A stretch of DNA of 64,000 bases from an uncultured Nitrososphaerales archaeon (GTDB lineage: Archaea; Thermoproteota; Nitrososphaeria; Nitrososphaerales; Nitrososphaeraceae), in the NCBI GenBank assembly GCA_963695855.1, contig CAVOHZ010000010.1, forward strand, positions 160,001 to 224,000. The letters run 5' to 3'. The first letter of the stretch is position 1; every line of letters starts with the position of its first letter. The translations under genes were made by a program, and so were the position numbers. Below the pieces are notes generated by a model. The model was given only the letters and a program-made list of their open reading frames with translations. It had not been told where the DNA came from and searched no databases. This document shows positions 19,621 to 30,023 of this stretch, in pieces.

Positions 19621-21018
19621 TCATTTTTCTAGGATCAAAACTGACGCAGATGTTCCTGCGGCTGCCAGATTATGAATGAGACCAAATTTAATATCAGACC
19701 TTATTTGCCTGCTAATATTTTTTTGTTTCTTCACTTTTGGGGTATTGGAAGTATAACTATTGTCTCTAAAATCAGATTCATGCATATGGATTCTATTGTT
19801 ATAACTAATGTCAATATCATCATCAATTTGTGCGGATAACTGTTTAAAAATTTCTACAGTCTGTGCTATTCCTGTTGCACCCAGAGCGTGACCACATCCA
19901 ATTATTCCACCGCTTGGATTAACATACATATTCGATTCTTGTTTTTCAACAAACTTGCCTCCCTGACCTTTAGCAGCAAATCCAAGATCTTCATATGCCA
20001 TGATTTCAAGAATAGAAAAGGCATCATGTAATTCAACTACATCAATATGGTTTGGGGTAATTTTTGCCATGTCATAAGCATTTTGTGCCGCAATTTTGGC
20101 AGGACTCGATCTAAAATTCTCTTCAACAGCATTACTAAAGCTAGCAGAAGTAGTTTGTTGTCCTATCCCCCTTATAGATACTGGAATAAGAGTTTTTTTA
20201 GCAACTTTATTCTCTCTAATTTTATTTGAATTTTGGGAACTATTACCGCCAAAAAATGAGTTTCCAGTTCCCTGAAGGTTATCATCAGAAAAAAGTTTTG
20301 ATGTAAAAAGAGGTATTTTTTCATCTGCGACAAGCAATATCGAGGACGCACCTTCACATATCGAACAACATTCTAGTAATCGTAAAGGCTCTACAAGCAT
20401 TCTTGAATTCATCACCTCACTGAGAGTAATATCTTTTCCTCTGTTGAATGCATTGCTATTATATTTTGCTTTTGAATAGTTATTAACTGAAATCATACAA
20501 ATTTGTTCCTCTTTTGTTCCATATTTTTTCATATGCATTCTTTTAAAAATAGCCCCCCAGTATACTGGTAATGCAAATTGTCCTCTGGAGAAATCGCTCT
20601 GTAAAATCCTACCAGGTGAATCGGCCATTTCTGCACCAATAACAAGAGCAGAATCACATAATCCTGAACAGATATATGAAAAGGCTGAGATAATGGCGTT
20701 TGTCCCAGAGTTACAGAGATTATCTAACCTATGCGATATTTTCGGTCTGATTCCAAGAATTTCAGCAATGATGCTAGAAAGGTATTGACTTGGATCGCAA
20801 GATGAAAAGATTACTGCATCTATAAGATTTCTAGGAAATCCGGTATTTTTTAAAAGTTTGATAGTAGGTTCTAGTGCAATCTGAATTATATTTTTATGTG
20901 TATTTGTTGTATTATTATCTACATCATAGTTATATTTCAAATTTTTGTTTTTAATGTATCCCTTGCTAGGTCTCCTGAACTCCGATGTTTCACCAGCCAG
21001 AATTGAAACTTTTCTCAC
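19621..21018 (-). CDS. Thiolase family protein (acetyl-CoA C-acyltransferase, archaeal/SCP-x type)
   Basis: NLCNSG, VVELHDAF, VNPSGG..GHALGATG. Confidence 0.9.
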   Translation of the reverse strand: MRKVSILAGETSEFRRPSKGYIKNKNLKYNYDVDNNTTNTHKNIIQIALEPTIKLLKNTGFPRNLIDAVIFSSCDPSQYLSSIIAEILGIRPKISHRLDNLCNSGTNAIISAFSYICSGLCDSALVIGAEMADSPGRILQSDFSRGQFALPVYWGAIFKRMHMKKYGTKEEQICMISVNNYSKAKYNSNAFNRGKDITLSEVMNSRMLVEPLRLLECCSICEGASSILLVADEKIPLFTSKLFSDDNLQGTGNSFFGGNSSQNSNKIRENKVAKKTLIPVSIRGIGQQTTSASFSNAVEENFRSSPAKIAAQNAYDMAKITPNHIDVVELHDAFSILEIMAYEDLGFAAKGQGGKFVEKQESNMYVNPSGGIIGCGHALGATGIAQTVEIFKQLSAQIDDDIDISYNNRIHMHESDFRDNSYTSNTPKVKKQKNISRQIRSDIKFGLIHNLAAAGTSASVLILEK

Positions 21019-21020
21019 TA

Positions 21021-22097
21021 CTAAAAAGTTGATAACAATTCCATAATTGAACTTTCTGGATCTTTTCCTACCGGATTAATCTGAATTATAGGCAAGGTAA
21101 TTCCAGTATCTACAAACATTTGCAGAGATTTTCTACATTCTTCTTTAGTTCCACATATCGTTAGCGATTCGAGCATCCTATCAGATACAAATTTGTGGAT
21201 ATTTTCAATTCCATTCTTCTTTTTGAATTCCTCTGTAATATTATTAACTTCATATTCATAGCCCGTCTTTAGTAGAAACCTATTATAGTACTTACCCACG
21301 GCCACATAGAAGGCAAGAGTTTTTGCAGCTCTTTCTCTTGCTTTGTCTGGTTCTTTATCAGATACAGCAGTTATGAAAGCACAGCAAATCTCGAAATTTC
21401 TTTTCTGATTTGACTCATCATCTTCTTTATCTTTATTATTTTTTATACCATCTTCTCCCATTTTTTCATCATAATTACCAACATTTTCTTTCCCAGAAAT
21501 GTTATTTAAAATACGGTCTACTCCCTTTTTTAATTCGTTCTTCGGTCTGAGATACAACAATACTCCATCTGAAAGTTCACAAGATAAGTCTATCATACCA
21601 TTATTTACAGCAGCAGTATAAATGGGGATATTTTCTCTTTGAGGTTTAAAGAGTATTTTAAAATCATTTATTCTAAAGTATTTTCCTTCAAATTTTGCTT
21701 TTGAACCCTTCATTATCATTCTGATACATTCAATATATTCTCTCATTTTTTCTAAAGGATTGTCAAATTTAATTCCATGCCAATTTTCTACCAATGCAGG
21801 TGTGCTCACACCAAGTCCTAGAATGGACCTGTTATTAGACAATATATCAAGAGTAGAAATAGCCATTGCCACTGTGGCAGGGGTCCTAGAATGGATGTTA
21901 ACTATTCCAGTACCTAGTTTTACTTTATTTGTGACCTGGGATAGCGCGCCCAACGATACAAAAGCCTCGCGACCCCAAGATTCTGGAACCCATAATGAAT
22001 GCACATTTGTTTTTTCTTCAACTTTCTTTGCAAAACATAATATGGATTTAACAGAGAGAAGTGTTCCAATATTATAACCGATTTTATCAATCAACAT
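21021..22097 (-). CDS. LLM-class flavin/F420-dependent oxidoreductase
   Basis: WVPESWGRE, KLGTGIVNIHSRTPA, ILGLGVS; likely start at 22097. Confidence 0.88.
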   Translation of the reverse strand: MLIDKIGYNIGTLLSVKSILCFAKKVEEKTNVHSLWVPESWGREAFVSLGALSQVTNKVKLGTGIVNIHSRTPATVAMAISTLDILSNNRSILGLGVSTPALVENWHGIKFDNPLEKMREYIECIRMIMKGSKAKFEGKYFRINDFKILFKPQRENIPIYTAAVNNGMIDLSCELSDGVLLYLRPKNELKKGVDRILNNISGKENVGNYDEKMGEDGIKNNKDKEDDESNQKRNFEICCAFITAVSDKEPDKARERAAKTLAFYVAVGKYYNRFLLKTGYEYEVNNITEEFKKKNGIENIHKFVSDRMLESLTICGTKEECRKSLQMFVDTGITLPIIQINPVGKDPESSIMELLSTF

Positions 22098-22113
22098 AAA
22101 TAGATAAATTATC

Positions 22114-22800
22114 TTATATTGGATTATTATATAGCTCTTCCGCAGCCTCATCAATATCTTTATGGGAGTCAATAGATCTCCAAAATATATCGATAAACCG
22201 AATTCCTTTTAGTTTACCTTCCTTTGCCATAGTGGGTAAAGCAGTAGTTTCTATGTTTCCATTATCAGGTAAATATTGAAAAATTTCCTTTGTGAAATAA
22301 TATACTCCTGCATTTATCCACTTGTCAGGAATTTCCGGTTTTTCTTCAAATCCGATTACATCAGAAATTTCATTTATATTCACTACACCATAAGGACTTC
22401 TAAGGGGAACAAGAGCAATACTAGATTTATTTTCTTTACACAAACAATGTGGATCGAGATTTGTCAATATGTCTCCATTAGTCATAAAGAATCCATCATC
22501 AGTAGTACCGGTCAGCAAACTGGCAGTATTTTTTAGTGCTCCACCTGTTCCCAAAGGGGTATCTTCTACTACATAACCTATTTTGATCCCAAATTTGTTT
22601 CCACTACCTAGATAATCTATGATTGTTTCTTTGAGATATCCTAAACAAATAATTATTTCATCAATATTATGTTTTTTAAACCACATAATTTGCCATTCTA
22701 ATATAGGCTTATTAAGCACCTCTATCATCGGTTTAGGTCGGTCATTGGTCAGCGGTTTAAGTCGCTTTCCTAAACCTCCGGCTAGAATTACGGCCTTCAT
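22114..22800 (-). CDS. Sugar-phosphate nucleotidyltransferase
   Basis: ILAGGLGKRLKPLT..PKPM, PLGTGGA, NGD, FEEKP. Confidence 0.9.
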   Translation of the reverse strand: MKAVILAGGLGKRLKPLTNDRPKPMIEVLNKPILEWQIMWFKKHNIDEIIICLGYLKETIIDYLGSGNKFGIKIGYVVEDTPLGTGGALKNTASLLTGTTDDGFFMTNGDILTNLDPHCLCKENKSSIALVPLRSPYGVVNINEISDVIGFEEKPEIPDKWINAGVYYFTKEIFQYLPDNGNIETTALPTMAKEGKLKGIRFIDIFWRSIDSHKDIDEAAEELYNNPI

Positions 22801-23176
22801 TGCAATACAATCTTTTGTAGATTATAAAAGATTAACTGATTAATTCTATTATAATATTCTCTATAAAATGATAAATATATCCCTTTTCGTATTGTTTTAT
22901 ATAAATTTTATAATATAATATAAAATTTTTTGCAAAAATAAACTAAAAAACCAATTAAAATTCAAAAAATAAAATAATAATATAATATGAACAAATTTGA
23001 TTAGACACATATATGTTATACTTTTTTTTAAAGATAAATAAAAACACACAATAAAGAAAATAAAATTATTGGGTTATTTTACGATTTTAAGACACTTTCG
23101 AAGTAAAAACTCACCCCAATGTAAAAAATATTGAATTATAAAATGGTTAATAAAATTCAAATTCAAAAAAATTAAA

Positions 23177-23280
23177 CGCCGCTGATCAGACTCGAACTGA
23201 TGACCCACTGGTTAACAGCCAGTTAAGCTCCGGAACGAGAAACGCATCGGATTTGCTCTACCATGCTGAGCTACAGCGGC
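23177..23280 (-). tRNA. tRNA-Asn(GTT) with a 30-nt intron at about position 27/28 (23223-23252)
   Basis: Acceptor GCCGCTG/CAGCGGC; anticodon arm ACTGG-CTGTTAA-CCAGT after intron removal; TTCGAGT T-loop; BHB-like fold at the intron junctions. Confidence 0.92.
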
Positions 23281-23532
23281 ATTCAAATATTTTTTTTTAT
23301 ATCAGAATAAAAATGTTTTCTTATTTGTTGATTTTATTACTTTTTGAATTCTCCTAAGATTACACAATATTGAAAAGTTGGATTAGAATACTAGAAAATC
23401 AAATATTTATTTTTTGATCAAATTCATACAACTTTTATCCATTTTTTACAGGTTTTAAATATAACAAAATTTTTGGTCCTGAATATATTTAAAAAGAGTA
23501 TATTAGAATTCTTTTGGAACCAAGACAGAAAT

Positions 23533-24087
23533 TTAGTCCATTCCTTCTTCTTTTGAATAAAGATATACTCCATCCAGAAAAACACGTAAATCTTTGTTCT
23601 TTATCTTGGTTGAAGATTCAATATTTGAGGCAGTCTGAGAGACATTTTCAAGGCTGGGTCCTTTAACAATAACATCTTCGCCATTTACAGTTACTTGGGT
23701 AGTTTCACCGACAATTCTTGACACCCTTGAAGATCTCTCGCCAAAATAATTATCAACTATTACTTGTTTATCCTTGACTTTGACAGTTATTGGAAAGTGT
23801 GAAAATACTATTTTTAGTTTGTAAGTAAACCCTACCTCAACACCCTTTATCATGCTTGAAATTATACTTCTTACTGTATTGGCCAATGCAAGATCTTTTT
23901 TTCTTTTGCCAGGTGGTTGAATCACTATTTTGTTATCCTCAAAGACTAAAGTAGTAGGAATTTTTGTAAAATCCTTGCTTAGTCTTCCTTTCTTCCCTTC
24001 AACTATTAATACATTTCCTTCTTTAGTGACTTTGATATCTTGAGGAATAATTATCTCAGCAGATGGTTTATTTTCACTAGTAGACAT
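23533..24087 (-). CDS. rpl6: 50S ribosomal protein L6
   Basis: SHFPITV, KDLRVFLDGVY; operon position. Confidence 0.95.
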   Translation of the reverse strand: MSTSENKPSAEIIIPQDIKVTKEGNVLIVEGKKGRLSKDFTKIPTTLVFEDNKIVIQPPGKRKKDLALANTVRSIISSMIKGVEVGFTYKLKIVFSHFPITVKVKDKQVIVDNYFGERSSRVSRIVGETTQVTVNGEDVIVKGPSLENVSQTASNIESSTKIKNKDLRVFLDGVYLYSKEEGMD

Positions 24088-24469
24088 AACCTATCAAAAC
24101 ACCTCCCAACCCTTGAATTTGTGCATCATGATGGGACATGATTCCTTTGCTGGTAGACACAAGTAAAAGTCCAACGTTATATGCAGGTAAAAATTGTCTT
24201 TCCCAGTTTAGATATTCATCTTTTTTAAGATTATATCTGGGAGTTATTATGCCGCATTTGTTTATCTTAGCAAGCAACTGAATCCTAAATTTACCCATTC
24301 TATTGTCGTCGATTTGTTCAAACTCTCCAATAAATCGATACTTTTGTAATACGCGTAAAATCTCGCTAGCAAATTTTGAAGACGGAGAGACAAGACACTC
24401 TTTTTTTCTTCTTGTCTCATTGTTATATAGAGTGGTAAACAAATTCGAAACAACGTTTAATGCTGGCAT
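24077..24469 (-). CDS. rps8: 30S ribosomal protein S8
   Basis: INKCGIITPR, VSTSKGIMSH. Confidence 0.95.
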   Translation of the reverse strand: MPALNVVSNLFTTLYNNETRRKKECLVSPSSKFASEILRVLQKYRFIGEFEQIDDNRMGKFRIQLLAKINKCGIITPRYNLKKDEYLNWERQFLPAYNVGLLLVSTSKGIMSHHDAQIQGLGGVLIGYVY

Positions 24470-24578
24470 TTAGACGAATTCATCTCCAGTTAAGGATATT
24501 ACGTTATATTTCAGCATGTTCTTTTTATTTATAAATAGATTATTTCTTGAAATCATATCTAGATCATTATCACCAAAA

Positions 24579-24758
24579 TCATTCATATTTTTTGAAACCT
24601 ATACCATTAGCAACATCTCTGAAGCATTGCCTACACAACATGATATCATATTTTTGTATTAATCCATTATATGAACCACATTTTTTACACCATCTGTTTC
24701 CTTTTCCATGAGGAACCTTTTTTCTACCCGTTTCCGCATAATCACGAGGTTTTGGCAT
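24579..24758 (-). CDS. rps14: 30S ribosomal protein S14 (missing from the ORF track, 59 aa)
   Basis: MPKPRDY..GKGNRWCKKCG..IQKYDIMLCRQCFRDVANGIGFKKYE; lies between L5 and S8. Confidence 0.93.
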   Translation of the reverse strand: MPKPRDYAETGRKKVPHGKGNRWCKKCGSYNGLIQKYDIMLCRQCFRDVANGIGFKKYE

Positions 24759-24759
24759 C

Positions 24760-25332
24760 TTAAATTACTTCAACTCCAAATTTTTGTTGAAAGAATAATA
24801 GAGATTCTTGTGGAGTAATTCGGTGAAACTTACCTATCTTGTCTGGATTTCTTCTTTTACTTATTCTGTAACCAGGTCTTTTTAACGAGACACACACATC
24901 CATTCCAAAAATGCCAATATCGGGATTATATTTTGTACCTGGAATATCGATATGTTCTTTAATTCCTATGGAGATATTTCCGTTTGTATCAATTGATGAT
25001 CTCTTAATTGTATTTGATTTCGAAGAGAATATCCTTTTTATGAATTCTATAGCATTATCCTGTCTTAATGTAACCATGGTTCCGATTGGTTCTCCTTTAT
25101 GTATTCCAAAATCTCTAACAGATTTTTTTGCACCTCGAACACTGGGTTTTTGTCCAGTCAATTCTTCTAGGGCCATTTTAGCTCTTTCTATAGGATCACC
25201 AGACTTGCCTACCCCAATATTAATCACAACTTTCTCTATCTCAATCACTCTCATGTCGATCGTTTTTTTTGATTTTGAATTCGTAATATTCAGCTGTTCA
25301 CTATTTTCTTTATTATCTAATGTTTCAGTCAT
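24760..25332 (-). CDS. rpl5: 50S ribosomal protein L5
   Basis: IEKVVINIGVG, GIKEHIDIPG, GIFGMD. Confidence 0.95.
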   Translation of the reverse strand: MTETLDNKENSEQLNITNSKSKKTIDMRVIEIEKVVINIGVGKSGDPIERAKMALEELTGQKPSVRGAKKSVRDFGIHKGEPIGTMVTLRQDNAIEFIKRIFSSKSNTIKRSSIDTNGNISIGIKEHIDIPGTKYNPDIGIFGMDVCVSLKRPGYRISKRRNPDKIGKFHRITPQESLLFFQQKFGVEVI

Positions 25333-25342
25333 TTTTTTCCAC

Positions 25343-26065
25343 CTAACTCACCTTGATTCTAGGATTTTCATTCTCATTTCCAATAACCATAATCATGTCT
25401 ATCGGTATTTCCAAATTTTTCGATTCAAAAGATGCTATAACACGTTTTGGCAGTGAAAATGTTCCTTCTTTTATTTCTTGCACCCTTCCTATTTTTCCAG
25501 CGTTGTCGCCACGAGTAATCAATATTAGAGAATTATTGGATAATTTCAAGTGTTCAGCAATCTCGAGCTCGGGTGTCTTTAAAAGACATGAATCACCAAC
25601 TTGTAGCATATTCTCTGAAATTTTAGTCTTGCCATCATGAAAACCGTACTGGATCTTATTTCCCTTTACAATATTCTTTTGAATTATTTTTACTAGTTTG
25701 AAATGTTTTTCATCTTCATTGATCTCGATTGGATATAACAAGGAAGAATCCTTTGGAACCAATCTAAATACTTGTTTTAAGGGAATCAATTCTAATGTAT
25801 CCATCAATCCTACTGCAAAATTTGGATTATATCTTGGAACATTATCTATCCTTATTTTGCCATCATTGAGGATATTTTTTACTTCATTGCTATTTTGAAC
25901 TACTTTCAGTACATCCCTCAGTAAGACACTAAGGGCATAAGCATGATCTTTTGAATGCGTGCCGGGATGAATTTTTGGAATAAAACGTCCTTCTTTTCTT
26001 TTTATATCCCAAAACAAGGGAGCTGATTGTCTCTTGATGGTTGTTTGTCCCCCTTTCTTACCCAT
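25343..26065 (-). CDS. rps4e: 30S ribosomal protein S4e
   Basis: KRQSAP..W, VGLMD, GFHDG, GDNAGKIG. Confidence 0.95.
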   Translation of the reverse strand: MGKKGGQTTIKRQSAPLFWDIKRKEGRFIPKIHPGTHSKDHAYALSVLLRDVLKVVQNSNEVKNILNDGKIRIDNVPRYNPNFAVGLMDTLELIPLKQVFRLVPKDSSLLYPIEINEDEKHFKLVKIIQKNIVKGNKIQYGFHDGKTKISENMLQVGDSCLLKTPELEIAEHLKLSNNSLILITRGDNAGKIGRVQEIKEGTFSLPKRVIASFESKNLEIPIDMIMVIGNENENPRIKVS

Positions 26066-26187
26066 GAATTATCTCAAACCTCCTAGAAATAATTTGTTAA
26101 CTTTATCTAATCTATTTATTCTCATTACTAGTATTTTTTCATTGATACAGTTATTACGTAAATGATACATAAGTGATCTCATTATAA

Positions 26188-26718
26188 TCATCGTTCTTTC
26201 TGATTGCCTCCTTTATTATCTTCTTCGATTTCAGGAGTCGTTAATTTTTTATCATTTACTTTTAGCAAACTTTTAACCCTTAAACCTTTCTTGAGCTTGT
26301 TCATACCTCGACTTCTGAATTTGCTAGATTTATCTTTAGATACTGATTGTCCTGCTCTATCTGAGGAAGATAATTTGGTATGTTTAATTTTCTTTATTAC
26401 GTTTTCTCTTTTTTTATCTTGCGTATTTAATGAAGTAATCATTACATTGGAAGAATGGATTTGTACTTTTACCTTTCCTCCCTTTGCTACTTCTTTCTGA
26501 ACGCCTTCGATTATCAAAGTACTCCTTTCTGTATTGACCTTTTCCACCTTTCCCTCAACATTTTTGTATTCTCCTCTCATTATCTTTACTGTATCTCCCT
26601 TTATTACCCGGGCATTTCTTTTTTCATATTCTTTCTTTAGATTTTCTGATAATTTGGAACGGATATTCGCAAAACGTCTGTGTTTTCTCAAAAGCATATT
26701 TGCGTTAATTTCTAACAT
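26188..26718 (-). CDS. rpl24: 50S ribosomal protein L24 with basic C-terminal extension
   Basis: KGDTVKIMRG KOW motif, IHSSNV. Confidence 0.93.
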   Translation of the reverse strand: MLEINANMLLRKHRRFANIRSKLSENLKKEYEKRNARVIKGDTVKIMRGEYKNVEGKVEKVNTERSTLIIEGVQKEVAKGGKVKVQIHSSNVMITSLNTQDKKRENVIKKIKHTKLSSSDRAGQSVSKDKSSKFRSRGMNKLKKGLRVKSLLKVNDKKLTTPEIEEDNKGGNQKER

Positions 26719-26750
26719 TTTTCATTTATCACCAAATCACTATAAAATAG

Positions 26751-27185
26751 CTAAATTATTACAGGTGCAAGATTTGCAATTCTTGGCCATTTCTCTGCCG
26801 CCTCAGCTGCTACAGGTCCTTTAATATCGGTTCCCTTGATCTCTCCTTCAGGAGTAACTAAAACTGCCGCGTTATCTTCAAAAGTAACTCGTAATCCATT
26901 CAATCGTCTTATTGGGTATTTCTGTCTAATTATAACTGCACCAAAGATCTGTTTCCTAAGTTGCGCTGGACCTTTTTTTACAGTTACAGTTACAAGGTCT
27001 CCTACAGCACAAGATGGTTGCCGTGAATGTCTTCCTTTATACCTTGTTACCTGAACTATCTTGAGGATTTTTGCTCCAGTATTGTCTGCACAGACAATTT
27101 GAGCAGAGACTGGTAATGCTTTTGTAACATATGGTCGGAATTCCGCTGCCCCCTTGGCAGAAACTGCTCTCGATTTAGATGCCAT
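26751..27185 (-). CDS. rpl14: 50S ribosomal protein L14
   Basis: CADNTGAK, FEDNAAV, IKGPVA; likely start at 27185. Confidence 0.95.
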   Translation of the reverse strand: MASKSRAVSAKGAAEFRPYVTKALPVSAQIVCADNTGAKILKIVQVTRYKGRHSRQPSCAVGDLVTVTVKKGPAQLRKQIFGAVIIRQKYPIRRLNGLRVTFEDNAAVLVTPEGEIKGTDIKGPVAAEAAEKWPRIANLAPVII

Positions 27186-27513
27186 CTTTGTTATTTTCAG
27201 CCTCCACAACAACAAAAGATATAGATTTTGAAATAGGTCTACACTCAGCTATCTTCACTTTTTCGCCTTCCTTGACACTAATGCAATCTGGGAGAAATGC
27301 ATGAACCTTAGATTTGCTTCTTTCATATCTTTTATATTTTGTAACCAACCTATTGTATTCTCTGGAAACTACAACCATTCTAGTGGCTTTGTTGCTTTCT
27401 ACTGTGCCTGTAAACAATCTTCCCCTTAAAGAAAGGGTACCATGAAATGGGCATAATTCATTTTGACATGTTTTTCTTGGAAGTCCAACCATAATACCAA
27501 TATTTCTAACCAT
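27175..27513 (-). CDS. rps17: 30S ribosomal protein S17
   Basis: CPFHG, KYKRYE, ECRPISK. Confidence 0.95.
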   Translation of the reverse strand: MVRNIGIMVGLPRKTCQNELCPFHGTLSLRGRLFTGTVESNKATRMVVVSREYNRLVTKYKRYERSKSKVHAFLPDCISVKEGEKVKIAECRPISKSISFVVVEAENNKDGI

Positions 27514-27521
27514 TCACACAA

Positions 27522-27794
27522 TCATCTCTTTATCTTTAAAATCCTATCTTCTGGTCTTCCTATCATATTATTACCACTTATAAAGCAAACGTTTGATGGT
27601 AAATAAACAGCGCATTTTTCTATTGTCTTTTTTGGAATTTTTTTAATTCCGTTTGATGTTCTTAATATTAACATATTCTTTGTTTCAAAAATAATACTGC
27701 CTAGTAAATTTTTCATATTATTTTGAGTGCTCAACAGGATTTTTATTTTTAAACCAACAAGCTCATGATAGACGAGATTTTCAATGGAAATCAT
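27522..27794 (-). CDS. rnp1: Ribonuclease P protein subunit Rpp29
   Basis: HELVGL, ETKNML, GRPEDR; lies between L29 and S17. Confidence 0.9.
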   Translation of the reverse strand: MISIENLVYHELVGLKIKILLSTQNNMKNLLGSIIFETKNMLILRTSNGIKKIPKKTIEKCAVYLPSNVCFISGNNMIGRPEDRILKIKR

Positions 27795-27843
27795 ACGTTT
27801 GCTCGTCCATGTTCAATTGTATTTGTCTGAAAAAAGTGAATTT

Positions 27844-28050
27844 TCATTTATTATGGCTTCTCTCATTAATGAGTGTAAGTATTCTTGCAATATCCCTTCT
27901 GGCCCATCTAATACTGGAGCTTTCCTTTTTCAGTGTACCCTTTGCACCCTCTGACCTCAGTTTTGCAAGATCGACTTTAAATTCAAGTAACTTATCTTGA
28001 AGATCTTCATCGTTCATTTCTTTAAGAGTATTTAGTTTAATTCTGCCCAT
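27844..28050 (-). CDS. rpl29: 50S ribosomal protein L29
   Basis: RRDIARILT motif; operon position. Confidence 0.93.
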   Translation of the reverse strand: MGRIKLNTLKEMNDEDLQDKLLEFKVDLAKLRSEGAKGTLKKESSSIRWARRDIARILTLINERSHNK

Positions 28051-28059
28051 TTCTACGTT

Positions 28060-28998
28060 CTACGCTCCCACACCTTCACTTTTTTTTCTACGTGATTCTT
28101 GTAACGGATTTTGTTGTTGTTTGATTACTTCCTCGGTTTTATTTTCTCTTCTGGGAGCATCTCTCTGAGTATTATTATTCCCAGTATATTTTCCTTCATT
28201 TGAATAAGAGTCTTTTCTAGGTCTTGATCCAATCGATGGATTTATTTTCTCCTTTATCGGTGATTCGCTTCTAGTATTAGCACTTTTTTGACTGCTTGGG
28301 GTTAGTAAGGTTTTTTCCGTATTTTCTTTTTCTGGTGAAGCCACAGATGAAGATGAAGATGTTGCTGTACTCTCCGCTTCTTTGGTGGATTCGCTATCTT
28401 TTTTTGATTCAATATTTAACTGGAATTCAGATGGCATTTCATTCTTTAATGCAATTTTCAATTGTATTCCCATAAGTCCCATCTTCGTTAAAACGTTAGT
28501 CACTCCAACTTTTACAACTCGATCTGCGACATTTCCGCTTTTTGGAATTATTCCAGAAGTATGTTTTTCAAAATGAGCTCTTTCACTTCTAAGTTTTCCG
28601 GCTATAGTTACTTCTGTACCAAGGGCACCGGCGTTCATTACTGTATTTAAAGTCCACATAGCCGCTCTTCTAAAAGCAGTACCTCTCTCGATAAGCTGCG
28701 CAATTCTATTTGCCATTATTTTTGGATTTAACTCGGGAACCTCGATCTCCATTACAGAAACTTGTGGGTTACTTAATCCAAAATTTGATTCTAATTTTGC
28801 TGTAAGATCTTTGATACCGACACCCTTTCTTCCAATAACCAAGCCTGGTCTTGTTACATATAATGTAATTCTAGTTCCAATCGGTGTTTTTTGTATCTCT
28901 ACCCCGCCATAACCAGTTTCCTTCAATGTTTCTTTCAGGTAACTATCTAGTTCCATATTCTTGTAATTATTTATCATTACATTTTTTGCAGCGTTCAT
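28060..28998 (-). CDS. rps3: 30S ribosomal protein S3 with long low-complexity C-terminal tail
   Basis: RPGLVIGRKG KH domain, AFRRA, GKLRSERA. Confidence 0.95.
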   Translation of the reverse strand: MNAAKNVMINNYKNMELDSYLKETLKETGYGGVEIQKTPIGTRITLYVTRPGLVIGRKGVGIKDLTAKLESNFGLSNPQVSVMEIEVPELNPKIMANRIAQLIERGTAFRRAAMWTLNTVMNAGALGTEVTIAGKLRSERAHFEKHTSGIIPKSGNVADRVVKVGVTNVLTKMGLMGIQLKIALKNEMPSEFQLNIESKKDSESTKEAESTATSSSSSVASPEKENTEKTLLTPSSQKSANTRSESPIKEKINPSIGSRPRKDSYSNEGKYTGNNNTQRDAPRRENKTEEVIKQQQNPLQESRRKKSEGVGA

Positions 28999-29471
28999 TC
29001 TGTTACGGTCCTCTCCTGAGCAACCATTTCTACATGTACTAGCGTGTCGAATTTGGGACTAGCTCTTCCCATGGCTCTGGGAGTAAATCTTTTTAATTTG
29101 GTGCCTTTATGCACAACAATATTTACTATCCTTAGTCTATCTAGATCCATTCCCTTATACTCTGCATTGCTTTCCAAGTTATCTAAGAGTTTTAGGAATT
29201 CCTGACTAGCCTTGGACGGAAATCTTCCTGCACTAAAACCATCTTTTATGTTAGATCTATGAGCTACTTCATTATTGTATCGCCTAAAAGGAACCGCAAT
29301 TTCTTTATTTAAAACTGCCTCAAGAAAAATTCGCGCTTTTTCAATCGACATATTTTTTATTGCAACGGCAATTTCTCTTGCGTGTTTATGGGAAATATCC
29401 ATCTCCCTAAGGGCAGATCTTACTTGTCTTGTTTTGTCAAAATTTTTATATGCATAAATATAATGAGGCAT
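28995..29471 (-). CDS. rpl22: 50S ribosomal protein L22
   Basis: ISHKHAREI, GRFP, PRAMGRA. Confidence 0.95.
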   Translation of the reverse strand: MPHYIYAYKNFDKTRQVRSALREMDISHKHAREIAVAIKNMSIEKARIFLEAVLNKEIAVPFRRYNNEVAHRSNIKDGFSAGRFPSKASQEFLKLLDNLESNAEYKGMDLDRLRIVNIVVHKGTKLKRFTPRAMGRASPKFDTLVHVEMVAQERTVTE

Positions 29472-29500
29472 TTTTTATTATCACACTTTCCATAAATTAA

Positions 29501-29908
29501 TTATTTTAACGGTACGTATAAACTGGATCTTGACGATCCTACACCAGGTGAGCCATGTTGAACCCTTTTATTTGTAATAGAATATTCACCAAGATAGTGT
29601 CCTACCATTTCCGCTTTTATATTAATATCGAAAAACTCTTTTCCATTATGAACACTAATTGCAAGTCCAATCATATCTGGTAGTATAATCATGTCCCTGA
29701 CATGAGTTTTCAGTTTATTTTTTAAAGTGCCACTTCTAGCAAGCTTGATTTCAGATCTCAGTTTTCGTTTTTGGTCATTCATATACACACCAACTCGTTT
29801 GTTTAAGGAACGTCTTTGCCTCGCATTAAGCAAAGGCAACAGAGACTCTATAGATATGGACTTTAATTGTTCTTGATTATATCCTCGAAATTTAAATTCT
29901 CTAACCAA
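29501..29908 (-). CDS. rps19: 30S ribosomal protein S19
   Basis: KTHVRDMIILP, HNGK, GHYLGEY. Confidence 0.95.
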   Translation of the reverse strand: MVREFKFRGYNQEQLKSISIESLLPLLNARQRRSLNKRVGVYMNDQKRKLRSEIKLARSGTLKNKLKTHVRDMIILPDMIGLAISVHNGKEFFDINIKAEMVGHYLGEYSITNKRVQHGSPGVGSSRSSLYVPLK

Positions 29909-30023
29909 TCTTATACTGTACCTCTGGAGTCTTATTTTTAAATCTAACTGGAATTGTTCGACGCGATGATAGTAATTTAACTGGATTCGTTTTAGGATCC
30001 CATACTACTAAATTCAAGAAACT

